Origin: Desulfonatronovibrionaceae bacterium
Lineage (GTDB): Bacteria; Desulfobacterota; Desulfovibrionia; Desulfovibrionales; Desulfonatronovibrionaceae
DNA: 40,447 nt
Direction: 5' to 3'
NCBI GenBank assembly: GCA_046539845.1
Contig: JBKHGE010000020.1
Location: 1 to 40,447, forward strand
The notes under the pieces were generated by a model, which did no database searches, was not told the DNA's origin, and saw only the letters and a program-made list of their open reading frames with translations. Shown here in pieces: positions 7,820-16,439 of the stretch. Made by a program: the position numbers and the translations under genes. How positions within the stretch are numbered: position 1 is the first letter of the stretch; every line of letters starts with the position of its first letter.

Positions 7820-9310
7820 TCAGGCCATTTTCAGCCTTTTTTCCAAATCGGATGATATTTCCGTTACAACAGTTTCCCGAACCTTGTCCACAACCACCTC
7901 TCCCTGGGGGGCTCCCTTGACCTTGCGCACATCCCGGACCTCGCAGCAGATGACTTCCGCCTGAGCATCGTTTTTGCGGTAGCTGGCCAGGGCAGCCAGG
8001 CAAGCCGCCTGGTGCATGCTCTGCTCCGGGACCTCCTGCTCGGGATGATCCCTTTTAAGGATCAAATGCGCCCCTGGACCGCCCTGGATATGGAACCACA
8101 AATCGAACGGGCTGGCCGCGCGGGACAGAAGCTCATGGTTGGCTCGGCTGTTCTTGCCCCGAAGGAGCAAAAAGCCGTCCTCGGTCTTAAACACATGCAC
8201 GGCAAGATCACGGTATCTGTTGGGAAGTCTGCTTTCCGGGGCCGCTTTTCCCTGGCCTGCGGTCGGTCTGGAACCGCTCCGGGATCCTCCGGGCTCATCA
8301 AGCATTTTTTGGACTTCCTTTCTTCTCTGAGTTACGAATGCCAGACCGCGGTTTCCCTTGCGTCCCCGTTTAAACATGCCTTGCATGTTCTCCAGCACCG
8401 TAAGGGCGGGATCGAGCTTTATCTCTATCTCCCGGCCCTGGCTGTCAGGTATACGGACGGATCCCTTCTTATCGCCCTTGTTCAGCCGATACAGGTTATC
8501 TTGAATTAACCCGGCAAGCTCACCTTCCTCTTTCATACGCAAAAGACGAAAATGTTCTTCCTCCAGCCTTTTTAGCGTCCGCCGCAGACGTTTTGTCCGT
8601 CTTTTTTGTTCCGGCTGATCCGCAACACTCCGGCCGGACCAGATTCGGGAATCTCTTGCACCCAGGCATTTCACGGCCTCAAGTGCGGAAGAGAATTCCC
8701 GTACCCATCCGGCCTCCGCTGGCCTCCAGGCATAAACGGCCTCCGGTTCTTGTCTACCTGCCGCACAAAACGCCTCGGGACGCCCGGAACTCAAAAGTGC
8801 GTAAAGGGCCTGCGCCCCCTCCTCGGAACGCACTGCCAGCTCATGGCGAAGGGGTGGAGAAAGCTGGGGGTATTCCCTCCATATATCCGGGTGGCTCAAA
8901 ACCGATTCAAATTTAGGCCAGGGAACCTCCGCCTCGAATTCAGCTCCCGGCTCTTCGGTCATAAGCAGACCCTCCCGCAGGTCCAGGATAAGGAAACCCG
9001 GTCCCGGCCCACACAGTTTAAAGGCCGCCCGCCTGTATTGCCAGGCGGAGAGAACTGTCTGGATACGCCTGGAGCCGACCTGTTTGCGCAGTTTCATCAC
9101 CCGAACCGGTGGGGAGTCCGGGTTAACAGGCTTGGATCCGGACAGAAAAAAAAGGCCCCCCTTACGGGAGGCCTTTATAATCAAGTATCCGGCCCGACCC
9201 AGGTCCAGAGTCCACAGATCCGAGGCCGGTGCGTATATTTTCTGCACACGCAGGCCCTCGACCTGCGCATGCAGTTCGCAAACCGCGAAACGGAATAAAT
9301 TGGCTTCCAT
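7820..9310 (-). CDS. NFACT/RqcH-like (fibronectin-binding/DUF814) RNA-binding protein
   Basis: N-terminal GLRVQKIY NFACT-N-like region, coiled coil with IKLDPALTVLENMQ, C-terminal RGKNSRANHELL...DLWFHIQGGPGAHLIL...AACLAALAS NFACT-R domain. Confidence 0.82.
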   Translation of the reverse strand: MEANLFRFAVCELHAQVEGLRVQKIYAPASDLWTLDLGRAGYLIIKASRKGGLFFLSGSKPVNPDSPPVRVMKLRKQVGSRRIQTVLSAWQYRRAAFKLCGPGPGFLILDLREGLLMTEEPGAEFEAEVPWPKFESVLSHPDIWREYPQLSPPLRHELAVRSEEGAQALYALLSSGRPEAFCAAGRQEPEAVYAWRPAEAGWVREFSSALEAVKCLGARDSRIWSGRSVADQPEQKRRTKRLRRTLKRLEEEHFRLLRMKEEGELAGLIQDNLYRLNKGDKKGSVRIPDSQGREIEIKLDPALTVLENMQGMFKRGRKGNRGLAFVTQRRKEVQKMLDEPGGSRSGSRPTAGQGKAAPESRLPNRYRDLAVHVFKTEDGFLLLRGKNSRANHELLSRAASPFDLWFHIQGGPGAHLILKRDHPEQEVPEQSMHQAACLAALASYRKNDAQAEVICCEVRDVRKVKGAPQGEVVVDKVRETVVTEISSDLEKRLKMA

Positions 9311-9321
9311 ACCTTTCGGCG

Positions 9322-9684
9322 CTAGTCCCCCAGGACAGTTTCCTGTTCTTCCTGCTTACTTTTGCACTGGATGCACAAGGTGGTCACCGGACGGGCCTCG
9401 AGCCGGGGCCGGCTTATGTCTTCCCCGCATTCGTCGCAGATGCCGAAGGAACCATCCTCAATCCTTTCCAAAGCAGCATCTATCTTGTGTACCAGTTTCC
9501 TGTCCCTGTCCCGCAGGCGCAGGGTAAAGGCCCGGTCTGACTCCGCGGAAGCGCGGTCCGCAGGATCGGCATACATGGCCCTTTCCTCGGTCATGTCCTC
9601 CAGAGTGTCCTCTCCCTTCTGCAGGATCTCCTCACGCATTTTTTCCAGTTTTTCGCGAAAATATTCAATGTCCTCAGGGTTCAT
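9322..9684 (-). CDS. dksA: RNA polymerase-binding transcription factor DksA
   Basis: Coiled-coil tip DPADRA and C4 zinc finger CDECG...RLEARPVTTLCIQCK. GGAGG RBS. Confidence 0.95.
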   Translation of the reverse strand: MNPEDIEYFREKLEKMREEILQKGEDTLEDMTEERAMYADPADRASAESDRAFTLRLRDRDRKLVHKIDAALERIEDGSFGICDECGEDISRPRLEARPVTTLCIQCKSKQEEQETVLGD

Positions 9685-9844
9685 CAGATGCCCTCCGTAA
9701 AAAAATTTAAGGAATACCGGCTACACCAAATCTCCGGCCTTGTAAAGAGCCCGGCCCCCGGGATCATGCCTATAGGTTCCCGTACAGGCGGTTAACCATT
9801 TCAAAAGCAGGCCTGGACCGGTAAGACCAAAAGAGTATTTTCCC

Positions 9845-9873
9845 TTGACACTCAATGTGTGCTTGATTATCAA
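9845..9873 (+). promoter_or_regulatory. Sigma70-type promoter of the tRNA operon
   Basis: TTGACA (9845-9850), 17 nt spacer, TATCAA (9868-9873), 16 nt upstream of tRNA-Gly. Confidence 0.7.
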
Positions 9874-9889
9874 AACTACTTCTCCGAAG

Positions 9890-9964
<75 letters not shown>

Positions 9965-9969
9965 GATAA

Positions 9970-10044
<75 letters not shown>

Positions 10045-10055
10045 TTTTTTTTTCA

Positions 10056-10130
<75 letters not shown>

Positions 10131-10136
10131 GATCTC

Positions 10137-10169
10137 AAGCCCGCCCCTAAGGCGGGCTTTCTGTTTTTT
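10137..10169 (+). terminator. Rho-independent terminator of the tRNA operon
   Basis: AAGCCCGCC-CCTAA-GGCGGGCTT followed by TCTGTTTTTT. Confidence 0.85.
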
Positions 10170-10347
10170 GACCGGCCTTGACCCCGGCCGCGAAACCAAT
10201 TAACCACCTTTACCTGCGCAGGTCCGGGACGTATTGCCTGTCGTCCCGGAGCTGCTTAAGACAAGGAAGAGCGCATGTCTCCCATGGGGCACACACGAAT
10301 TGCCCATATATAATGACACTCAACCCTTAATCGCTGACAAAATAAAG

Positions 10348-11067
10348 ATGAATGAAAACAACCTTGAGCATTTGCTGGATAACGCCCAGAAAAAATTCAG
10401 GGTCGGTTTTGAGCCGGTAAAGATAAACAATACCGTTTTAAACATCCTGCAGATCCAGAACCTGGATGAATATCTGGAGACACTGGCGGACAAAAGCTCG
10501 GGTACTGATCCTTTAGAGCTCCCGTTTTGGGCCAAGATATGGCCGGCCTCCATTCTCCTCGCCTACTCTCTGGATCGGCTGACAGAACCCGGGGACCCGC
10601 ACAAGCAGACGGTTCTGGAACTTGGGGCAGGCACCGGCCTTTGCGGGCTCTATACGGCCGCTCTGGGCTTTGCAACCACAATCACAGACAACAACAAAGA
10701 CGCCCTGCTCTTTGCCCGTATCAACGCACTTAAAAACGACCTAGCCTCCAGGGTTAAGGTGGACTATGCGGATATGGGAAAGACAGTCCTTGATACCGGG
10801 TTTGATTATATCCTCGGCTCGGAGATCTTGTATATCCAGGATCTGAACCGGGCACTGGTCAAATTTATCTCCAGGCACCTGAATCCGGGCGGACGGGTTA
10901 TCCTGAGCGCGGACTACAAGCGGCAGTCCAAAAAATTCTTCAATCTGGCGGCCGAGGAATTCGATATCAGCCACAAGACAATCGGATATAAAGAAAAAAA
11001 CTCCCAGGGAAAGCAGGAAAGATTCTTATGCAGCATATACACCCTGACGCGCAAAAGAGATGATTAG
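10348..11067 (+). CDS. Class I SAM-dependent methyltransferase (Methyltransf_16 / protein-lysine MTase-like)
   Basis: LPFWAKIWPASILLA, motif I VLELGAGTGLCG, TITD, DYILGSEILY. Start placed at ATG 10348; the ORF track extends to TTG 10234. Overlaps the YcaO start by 8 nt. Confidence 0.85.
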   Translation: MNENNLEHLLDNAQKKFRVGFEPVKINNTVLNILQIQNLDEYLETLADKSSGTDPLELPFWAKIWPASILLAYSLDRLTEPGDPHKQTVLELGAGTGLCGLYTAALGFATTITDNNKDALLFARINALKNDLASRVKVDYADMGKTVLDTGFDYILGSEILYIQDLNRALVKFISRHLNPGGRVILSADYKRQSKKFFNLAAEEFDISHKTIGYKEKNSQGKQERFLCSIYTLTRKRDD

Positions 11068-12772
11068 GATATACCCCTCGCCAAAAGCATACACCCTGGA
11101 TCAGGACAAGGCCCGGGACCCGGAGAAAACCGGAGAATGGGCCAAAGAAGCCCTGATAAGCGGCGGCCGGGTCCTGGAGGATCTGATCCGCGTGGACTCC
11201 GGTCGCTTGGGAATCCCGGTATATATGAGCGTGTGCACCCGGGAGGCGGGCAAAATCCTGCCCGCGAGCAAGCAGATGGGCAAAGGGGCCTCCCCGGAGC
11301 AGGCCCGGGCCTCGGCCTTGATGGAGCTTGCGGAACGCTACAGCTTCTTTTGTTTCTGGGAACAGGGCGGCCGGACCATGACCTGGACGGAAGCGGAAAA
11401 TGAATTCGGCCGGTGTTTGATGCCCCTCCGGCTGATCGCCGCGTCCGTGGGCAACGACCTGCCCGAAGAAGAAATCCGCAGGATAATGGATCTGGTCCCC
11501 TGGCGTTTTGCTCCGTGCACGAATCTGTATTCGGAAGCTGAATACCACGCGCCTGTGGATTGGTTCCGCATGCTCAACGAGTTCAACGGCAGCTCGGCCG
11601 GGAATACGGCCATGGAATCCATATTCCAGGGGGCGTGTGAGCTGGTGGAAAGACATGTATGCGCCCGGATATCCGCAAATGACTTGGTCACGCCGGGCAT
11701 TGATCCGTCCAGCTTCAATCCCGGTCCCCTTCAGGAACTGTTTTTTAAATTCACTGCCAAAGGGATCAAGGTGATCCTCAAGGATTTTTCTCTGGATATG
11801 CCGGTACCCACGGTAGGCGCGGCTGCCTATGACCCGAAGACTTTTCCGGACAAGAGCGAAATCGTGTTTACCGCGGGGACAGCCGCTTCCCCGGACAAGG
11901 CGGCCATCCGGGCCCTGACCGAAGTGGCCCAGCTGGCTGGGGACTTTGAATCCGGACGACCCTACGAGCCCTCCGGGTTGCCCAAGCTGGCCGGTCTTGA
12001 GGAACTGGACTGGCTCCGAAAAGGGGGCCAAAGACCCCTTAACGCCCTACCGGACATCTCCAGTACTGATTTCGGAGAGGAACTCCGCGCTTTGATCTGC
12101 AGACTCGGAGAAAAGGGCTTTTATCTACACGTGCTGGAACTGACCTGTCCAGAACTCAATATACCTGCCCACTATAATTTTGTTCCGGGATTCGAGTTTC
12201 GCGAGCGCAGCCCCTCGGCCGGCGTAGGGATGTTTACCGCCAAGAAGATCGCTGCGGAGCTGCCTGTCGGCCGAGCCCGCCAGGCCTTGAATGAGCTGGC
12301 CCGCATCCGGCCGAGTGCTCCGTATATCCCTTTTCAAAGCGGGATGATCGCCCTGCGGGAAGGAGATACAAAGCAGGCGCAAACGGATTTTTTAAACGCG
12401 GCCGAGCTCCAGGAAAACCCTCAGGAACAAGCCCTGGCCCTGTTCTATGCCGGATACGCCCAGAGTCTGGAGGGAAACTGGCCCGGGGTACGGGAAAAAG
12501 TGACCCGGGCCCTGGATCTGGATTGTGAAGTCAAAGAGTACCACAATCTCCTGGGGGTGGCCCTGTTCAAAGAAAAAAAGTTCTCCCGGGCGGCCGTACA
12601 TTTCCAAAAGGCGCTCGAGCTGGACAGTGCTTCGGCTGTGGACATGGCCAACCTGGGCCTGTGCCACAAAAACATGGATGCGCGGGAGGAGGCCATATCC
12701 TGCCTCTCCAGCGCCCTACAGATAGATCCCGGCCTGGAGTTTGCGCACAAAGAACTCCTCGAACTTCTTTAG
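11060..12772 (+). CDS. YcaO-family protein with C-terminal TPR repeats
   Basis: GRLGIPVY, KQMGKG...ARASALMELAERYS, NGSSAGNT..ESIFQGACELVERH, AIRALTEVAQ (YcaO ATP/Mg-binding motifs). Last ~170 aa are TPR-like (ALFYAGYAQ, YHNLLGVALF, ANLGLCH). Confidence 0.88.
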   Translation: MIRIYPSPKAYTLDQDKARDPEKTGEWAKEALISGGRVLEDLIRVDSGRLGIPVYMSVCTREAGKILPASKQMGKGASPEQARASALMELAERYSFFCFWEQGGRTMTWTEAENEFGRCLMPLRLIAASVGNDLPEEEIRRIMDLVPWRFAPCTNLYSEAEYHAPVDWFRMLNEFNGSSAGNTAMESIFQGACELVERHVCARISANDLVTPGIDPSSFNPGPLQELFFKFTAKGIKVILKDFSLDMPVPTVGAAAYDPKTFPDKSEIVFTAGTAASPDKAAIRALTEVAQLAGDFESGRPYEPSGLPKLAGLEELDWLRKGGQRPLNALPDISSTDFGEELRALICRLGEKGFYLHVLELTCPELNIPAHYNFVPGFEFRERSPSAGVGMFTAKKIAAELPVGRARQALNELARIRPSAPYIPFQSGMIALREGDTKQAQTDFLNAAELQENPQEQALALFYAGYAQSLEGNWPGVREKVTRALDLDCEVKEYHNLLGVALFKEKKFSRAAVHFQKALELDSASAVDMANLGLCHKNMDAREEAISCLSSALQIDPGLEFAHKELLELL

Positions 12773-12801
12773 GCCGAGTCTCAGTTTTTGGCTAAAAGGG
12801 A

Positions 12802-12830
12802 TTGACAAAGGGGCTATTCGGTATTTAACT
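12802..12830 (+). promoter_or_regulatory. Putative sigma70 promoter of dsrC
   Basis: TTGACA at 12802-12807 and a weak -10 (TTAACT, 12825-12830) at 17 nt spacing. Confidence 0.5.
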
Positions 12831-12974
12831 GAGAGTAATATTTGCTTGAGACGAAATTCACTTGTTTGGAAAGATTCAAACCGGAAAATGAACTCAAGCA
12901 GCGTGGCGACTTAAATGCATAAGGTGTAGGTTCTGTTTAATTCCTTACAAACTATTTTTAAGGAGGTAGTTAAT

Positions 12975-13292
12975 ATGGCCACAGTGGAATTCAAGGGGAA
13001 ACAGTTTGAAGTAGACGAAGACGGTTTCCTTCAGAAGTTTGAGCAGTGGAGCCCGGAATGGGTGGAATATGTAAAGGATCAGGAAGGAATCCCGGAGATC
13101 ACTGAAGAACATCAGAAAGTGATCGATTTTCTGCAGGACTACTATCAGAAAAACGGAATCGCCCCGATGGTCCGTATCCTGTCCAAGGTAACCGGCTTCA
13201 AGCTGAAGCACATCTACGAGCTGTTCCCGTCCGGCCCGGGCAAGGGAGCCTGTAAGATGGCCGGACTGCCCAAGCCCACCGGGTGCGTGTAG
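12975..13292 (+). CDS. dsrC: DsrC, dissimilatory sulfite reductase sulfur-carrier protein (TusE/DsrC family)
   Basis: VDEDGFL and the C-terminal arm ELFPSGPGKGACKMAGLPKPTGCV with both CysB and CysA. Strong AGGAGG RBS. Confidence 0.97.
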   Translation: MATVEFKGKQFEVDEDGFLQKFEQWSPEWVEYVKDQEGIPEITEEHQKVIDFLQDYYQKNGIAPMVRILSKVTGFKLKHIYELFPSGPGKGACKMAGLPKPTGCV

Positions 13293-13320
13293 AACCAGCT
13301 GCGGCAAATACGGAAATCCA

Positions 13321-13356
13321 AAGCGGGTCTGCTTACAAACAGGCCCGCTTTTTTTT
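13321..13356 (+). terminator. Rho-independent terminator of dsrC
   Basis: AAGCGGGTCTG-CTTACAAA-CAGGCCCGCTT followed by a T run. Confidence 0.8.
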
Positions 13357-13431
13357 GCCGTCCTCGGAGTATAGCCCGAAAAGACGCAGCCGGCCTTTCC
13401 GGATAGCTTACCAAAAAGATTGGTTCGCCTG

Positions 13432-16023
13432 TCAATCCCTGTTCAGATATTTGTCCCTATCGCGCTCAAAGCGAAGTGTGGTCAGGACCGCGGCAATGCC
13501 CAAAGAGACAATGCTTATAATCAAAAGCCCCAGTTTCTGGGCCTCCCATCTCTGGGCAAAAAGGGAATGGGCCCAGCTTTGTCCGCTTTTCATGCCCAGG
13601 AACACGGCCAGGGGGAATACAACCACCCCGAATATCAAGGCCAGAGTTTCGATGACTAGGAAACGCTTGAGCAGGAAGAACGAGAACAGAAAAATATCCC
13701 GGAACTTGCTGACCACAACCAAGTTGCGGCGCAGCTCGTCCAGGATTTCCTCTGCCTCCTGGATATAAATATATCCCTGCCTGAATCCGTCCGGAGATTC
13801 CAGGCTCAGATCCCCGAAATTGTTCAGCCTGAGCGCGCAATCGTTGAACAGCCGGTTGGTGCGGCGGAGAAAGAAATGTTGAAAAGGGAACCAGGAATAC
13901 TCCCTTTCCACCCTGTGCAGCTCCTTGAGCATCCAGTCCCGCTTCTTCTTTAGTTCGAATATGCCCTGATCTATCCGTTTGTTGATGTCCTTTTGCAGCT
14001 GAATAGTTTCCAAAGACAGCCGCCTGACCGCGGTGTAATTGTCCCATTGTTTGAGTTCCGCGGTTTTCTTCAGCCGGCGGAGGAACTCCTCCCGGGCAGG
14101 ATGATTGGCGTCAAACCATTTCTCGACCCTGCCCTTGAGTTCATCCAGGCTTTTGGCGGCCTGGGTAGCCCTTTTCCTGGCCTGATCCCAGACATCGTAA
14201 AATCCGGACAAGAGGTGCAGGTGCCCGCGTCCCAACTCCGGATCAATGAGGGCCTTTAAAAACACCTCCGGGCTGTTTTCCATTATGGCTGTAAGCACTC
14301 CCAGGGCCTGATCCGGGAAACCCAGTTTGACCAAGCATACCCCCTGCCTGTATCTGGCCTCAACCATGTCCGGGGAAATCTTCAGGGCCTCAGCATAGGT
14401 CTGCAGGGCGTTTTCAATGTCCTCGTCCACCTCATACATCCGGCCTCGCAAATAGACATGGTACCCCCGCTGCAGGGGAGTATAGGACAGGCTTTCCGCT
14501 TCCACCCAATAGTTCAGGGCCTCCTTGCTGCGGCCCTCCTCCATGGCCAAAAAGCCCTGCAGGGTGCGGGGCTGATAATTCTTCCCGGACCGGAGCACAG
14601 CCTCTTTCAATCTTTTGGCCGCAAACCCGTGCTCGCCCATACGCAGGTTCTCCAGGGCAGTCCGCAGGGCCGGATCTTCATTCTCTGCCACGCTGCGCAG
14701 ACCTTCCGGCCACCTTTGTCCCCGGCTGCGGAGGATTTGACGCAGCATACGCAGCTGAGAAAGGCAATTTAGTTCCAGAATTCCCTGAGTCAGACGGCCG
14801 CTGTTCTCCCCCGACCCCTGAAGATCTCCGATGCCTTTGCCTGCGGCCAGATCCTGACCGATCTGTTCCAGGCCAGCGGCTATTTGGTCCAGATTCATCT
14901 GCTCCAAAGAAGACCACACCTCGGGCTGGGGGGACATCAGACTGCGCGTCGGGCACTTGGCCGGTGGATGTTCCTTCAAGCCGCAATAAAAGCAATGCCC
15001 ATATTTTCCGGAGACCAAAGCAGAGGGGAGGTATACCTCCAGGGCCCTGCGTCCGGTCTGATCTCCGGAGGCCGCATCCAGTTGGAAAAGATCGGTTATC
15101 TTTTTACCCTCCACTCCGGTCCGCGAGCTCACGGGCCGGACCCTGTCCCCGAGCTGATAGATGCTCTGCAAAGGGAGATAGAGGAAGTCCGGTTCGAGCT
15201 GCCCCCAATCCACAGAAAGGCGTCCGAGCACTGTAGGGCTCAGGGCAAAATCCTGCTTTTCCACTCCGACAAAAAGACAGGGGACCTTGTATTCGGAATC
15301 CTTCTCATTATTCAAGAGATCAATAAGATTCTGGGTCCAGCTGGAAAGCTGCTTGATATTTTCCAGATGGAATATATACTCGTATTTCTGGTTGGTAGTG
15401 TACTTGATGTTCAGCTTCTGGGCCAGTCCGGCAAAGACCTCGCGGTACTTACGCCATTTGTCGAGAAACTCCTTTTCCTTTTTTTTGCCCAGGGGATCGA
15501 TGATAAAGAGCCAACTCAAGGTGGGGGTGTAATTGACCTGCTCGTCCGGATTAAAGACAAGCCAGTTCCTCCCGGGTGCCCCGGATGAGGAATAGGGCTT
15601 TTCAAAACCAATGCCCGGCATTCCGGCGGAAACGTCCTTGAGCTTAGGATGGGCCCAGACCTGAAAGGAATCACCCGGATTGGTCTGCAGGCCGGAAAAT
15701 TCGTCACCCAGGGATAAAGAATACTTTAGAGTGGATCCGATCAATAACTTGCAGGGGAAAATAGCCACCTTTATGACTACCGGATTAATCCGCATCCATT
15801 TGGAAATCTGGGCCCAGGCGGGCAGAATATCCCGATTGGGGAAAAACCACAGGACCTGCCCCTCTTCAGAGGCTACCTCCCAGCCCCCAAAGCTGGACAG
15901 GGTCTGGGGGATGGATCCGGGAAGGGATTTGCCCCAGACTATCCAGGAGGCGTAGCCGGAGTGCAGTATATCGGTCCGCTCTATGCGGGGTATTTTTTGC
16001 AGCAGAGAAGAAATGTTCAGCAT
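13432..16023 (-). CDS. Large TPR-repeat membrane-anchored protein with CCHC zinc knuckle; function unknown
   Basis: 863 aa. CFYCGLKEHPPAKC (C-x2-C-x4-H-x4-C), TPR helices (YLRGRMYE..ALKISPD..EARYRQGVCLVKLG), coiled coils and two C-terminal hydrophobic helices. Confidence 0.75.
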   Translation of the reverse strand: MLNISSLLQKIPRIERTDILHSGYASWIVWGKSLPGSIPQTLSSFGGWEVASEEGQVLWFFPNRDILPAWAQISKWMRINPVVIKVAIFPCKLLIGSTLKYSLSLGDEFSGLQTNPGDSFQVWAHPKLKDVSAGMPGIGFEKPYSSSGAPGRNWLVFNPDEQVNYTPTLSWLFIIDPLGKKKEKEFLDKWRKYREVFAGLAQKLNIKYTTNQKYEYIFHLENIKQLSSWTQNLIDLLNNEKDSEYKVPCLFVGVEKQDFALSPTVLGRLSVDWGQLEPDFLYLPLQSIYQLGDRVRPVSSRTGVEGKKITDLFQLDAASGDQTGRRALEVYLPSALVSGKYGHCFYCGLKEHPPAKCPTRSLMSPQPEVWSSLEQMNLDQIAAGLEQIGQDLAAGKGIGDLQGSGENSGRLTQGILELNCLSQLRMLRQILRSRGQRWPEGLRSVAENEDPALRTALENLRMGEHGFAAKRLKEAVLRSGKNYQPRTLQGFLAMEEGRSKEALNYWVEAESLSYTPLQRGYHVYLRGRMYEVDEDIENALQTYAEALKISPDMVEARYRQGVCLVKLGFPDQALGVLTAIMENSPEVFLKALIDPELGRGHLHLLSGFYDVWDQARKRATQAAKSLDELKGRVEKWFDANHPAREEFLRRLKKTAELKQWDNYTAVRRLSLETIQLQKDINKRIDQGIFELKKKRDWMLKELHRVEREYSWFPFQHFFLRRTNRLFNDCALRLNNFGDLSLESPDGFRQGYIYIQEAEEILDELRRNLVVVSKFRDIFLFSFFLLKRFLVIETLALIFGVVVFPLAVFLGMKSGQSWAHSLFAQRWEAQKLGLLIISIVSLGIAAVLTTLRFERDRDKYLNRD

Positions 16024-16043
16024 AAAAACACTCAGGAGGAAAT

Positions 16044-16421
16044 ATGGATTCGCAGGCGGTTATACACGCCATGAAAGAAAATCCCGACTTTGCCGCACGC
16101 GTGGGCATGATACTAGTCCATAACGGTGTGGTTCGGCAATGGTCAAGAAAGGATAACTCAGAAGTTGTCCGCCTCGAGGTGAAAGTGGATCACTTAAGGA
16201 TTGCGGATATAGTCAGGCAGGCCGAAAGCAGGCCGGGGATATACCGCGTGGTAGCCGAAGCCCGGGAAGGGGAGTTTTTCCCCGGCGACGACCTGATGCT
16301 GGTGGTTGTGGCCGGAGACGTGCGGGAGAATGTATTCCCGGTTTTGCAGGCGACAATCGACAGAATAAAAAAAGAGGCCCTGAGCAAAAGGGAAATAACC
16401 GCCGGATCCCCGACAGATTGA
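16044..16421 (+). CDS. moaE: MoaE-family protein (molybdopterin synthase large-subunit-like)
   Basis: GMILVHNGVVR, GDDLMLVVVAGDVRENVF..IDRIK...KRE. AGGAGG RBS. Confidence 0.75.
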   Translation: MDSQAVIHAMKENPDFAARVGMILVHNGVVRQWSRKDNSEVVRLEVKVDHLRIADIVRQAESRPGIYRVVAEAREGEFFPGDDLMLVVVAGDVRENVFPVLQATIDRIKKEALSKREITAGSPTD

Positions 16422-16439
16422 TAGCCCGGTATTCTGGGC

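Noticed and set aside
10967..12031. 354-aa minus-strand ORF opposite YcaO
   Set aside because: Antisense shadow of a GC-rich gene with clear motifs on the plus strand; it has no recognisable domain.
10348..12974. RiPP biosynthetic cluster interpretation of MTase + YcaO
   Set aside because: No precursor peptide, RRE/E1 partner, dehydrogenase, protease or transporter is adjacent. The context is housekeeping (tRNAs, dsrC).
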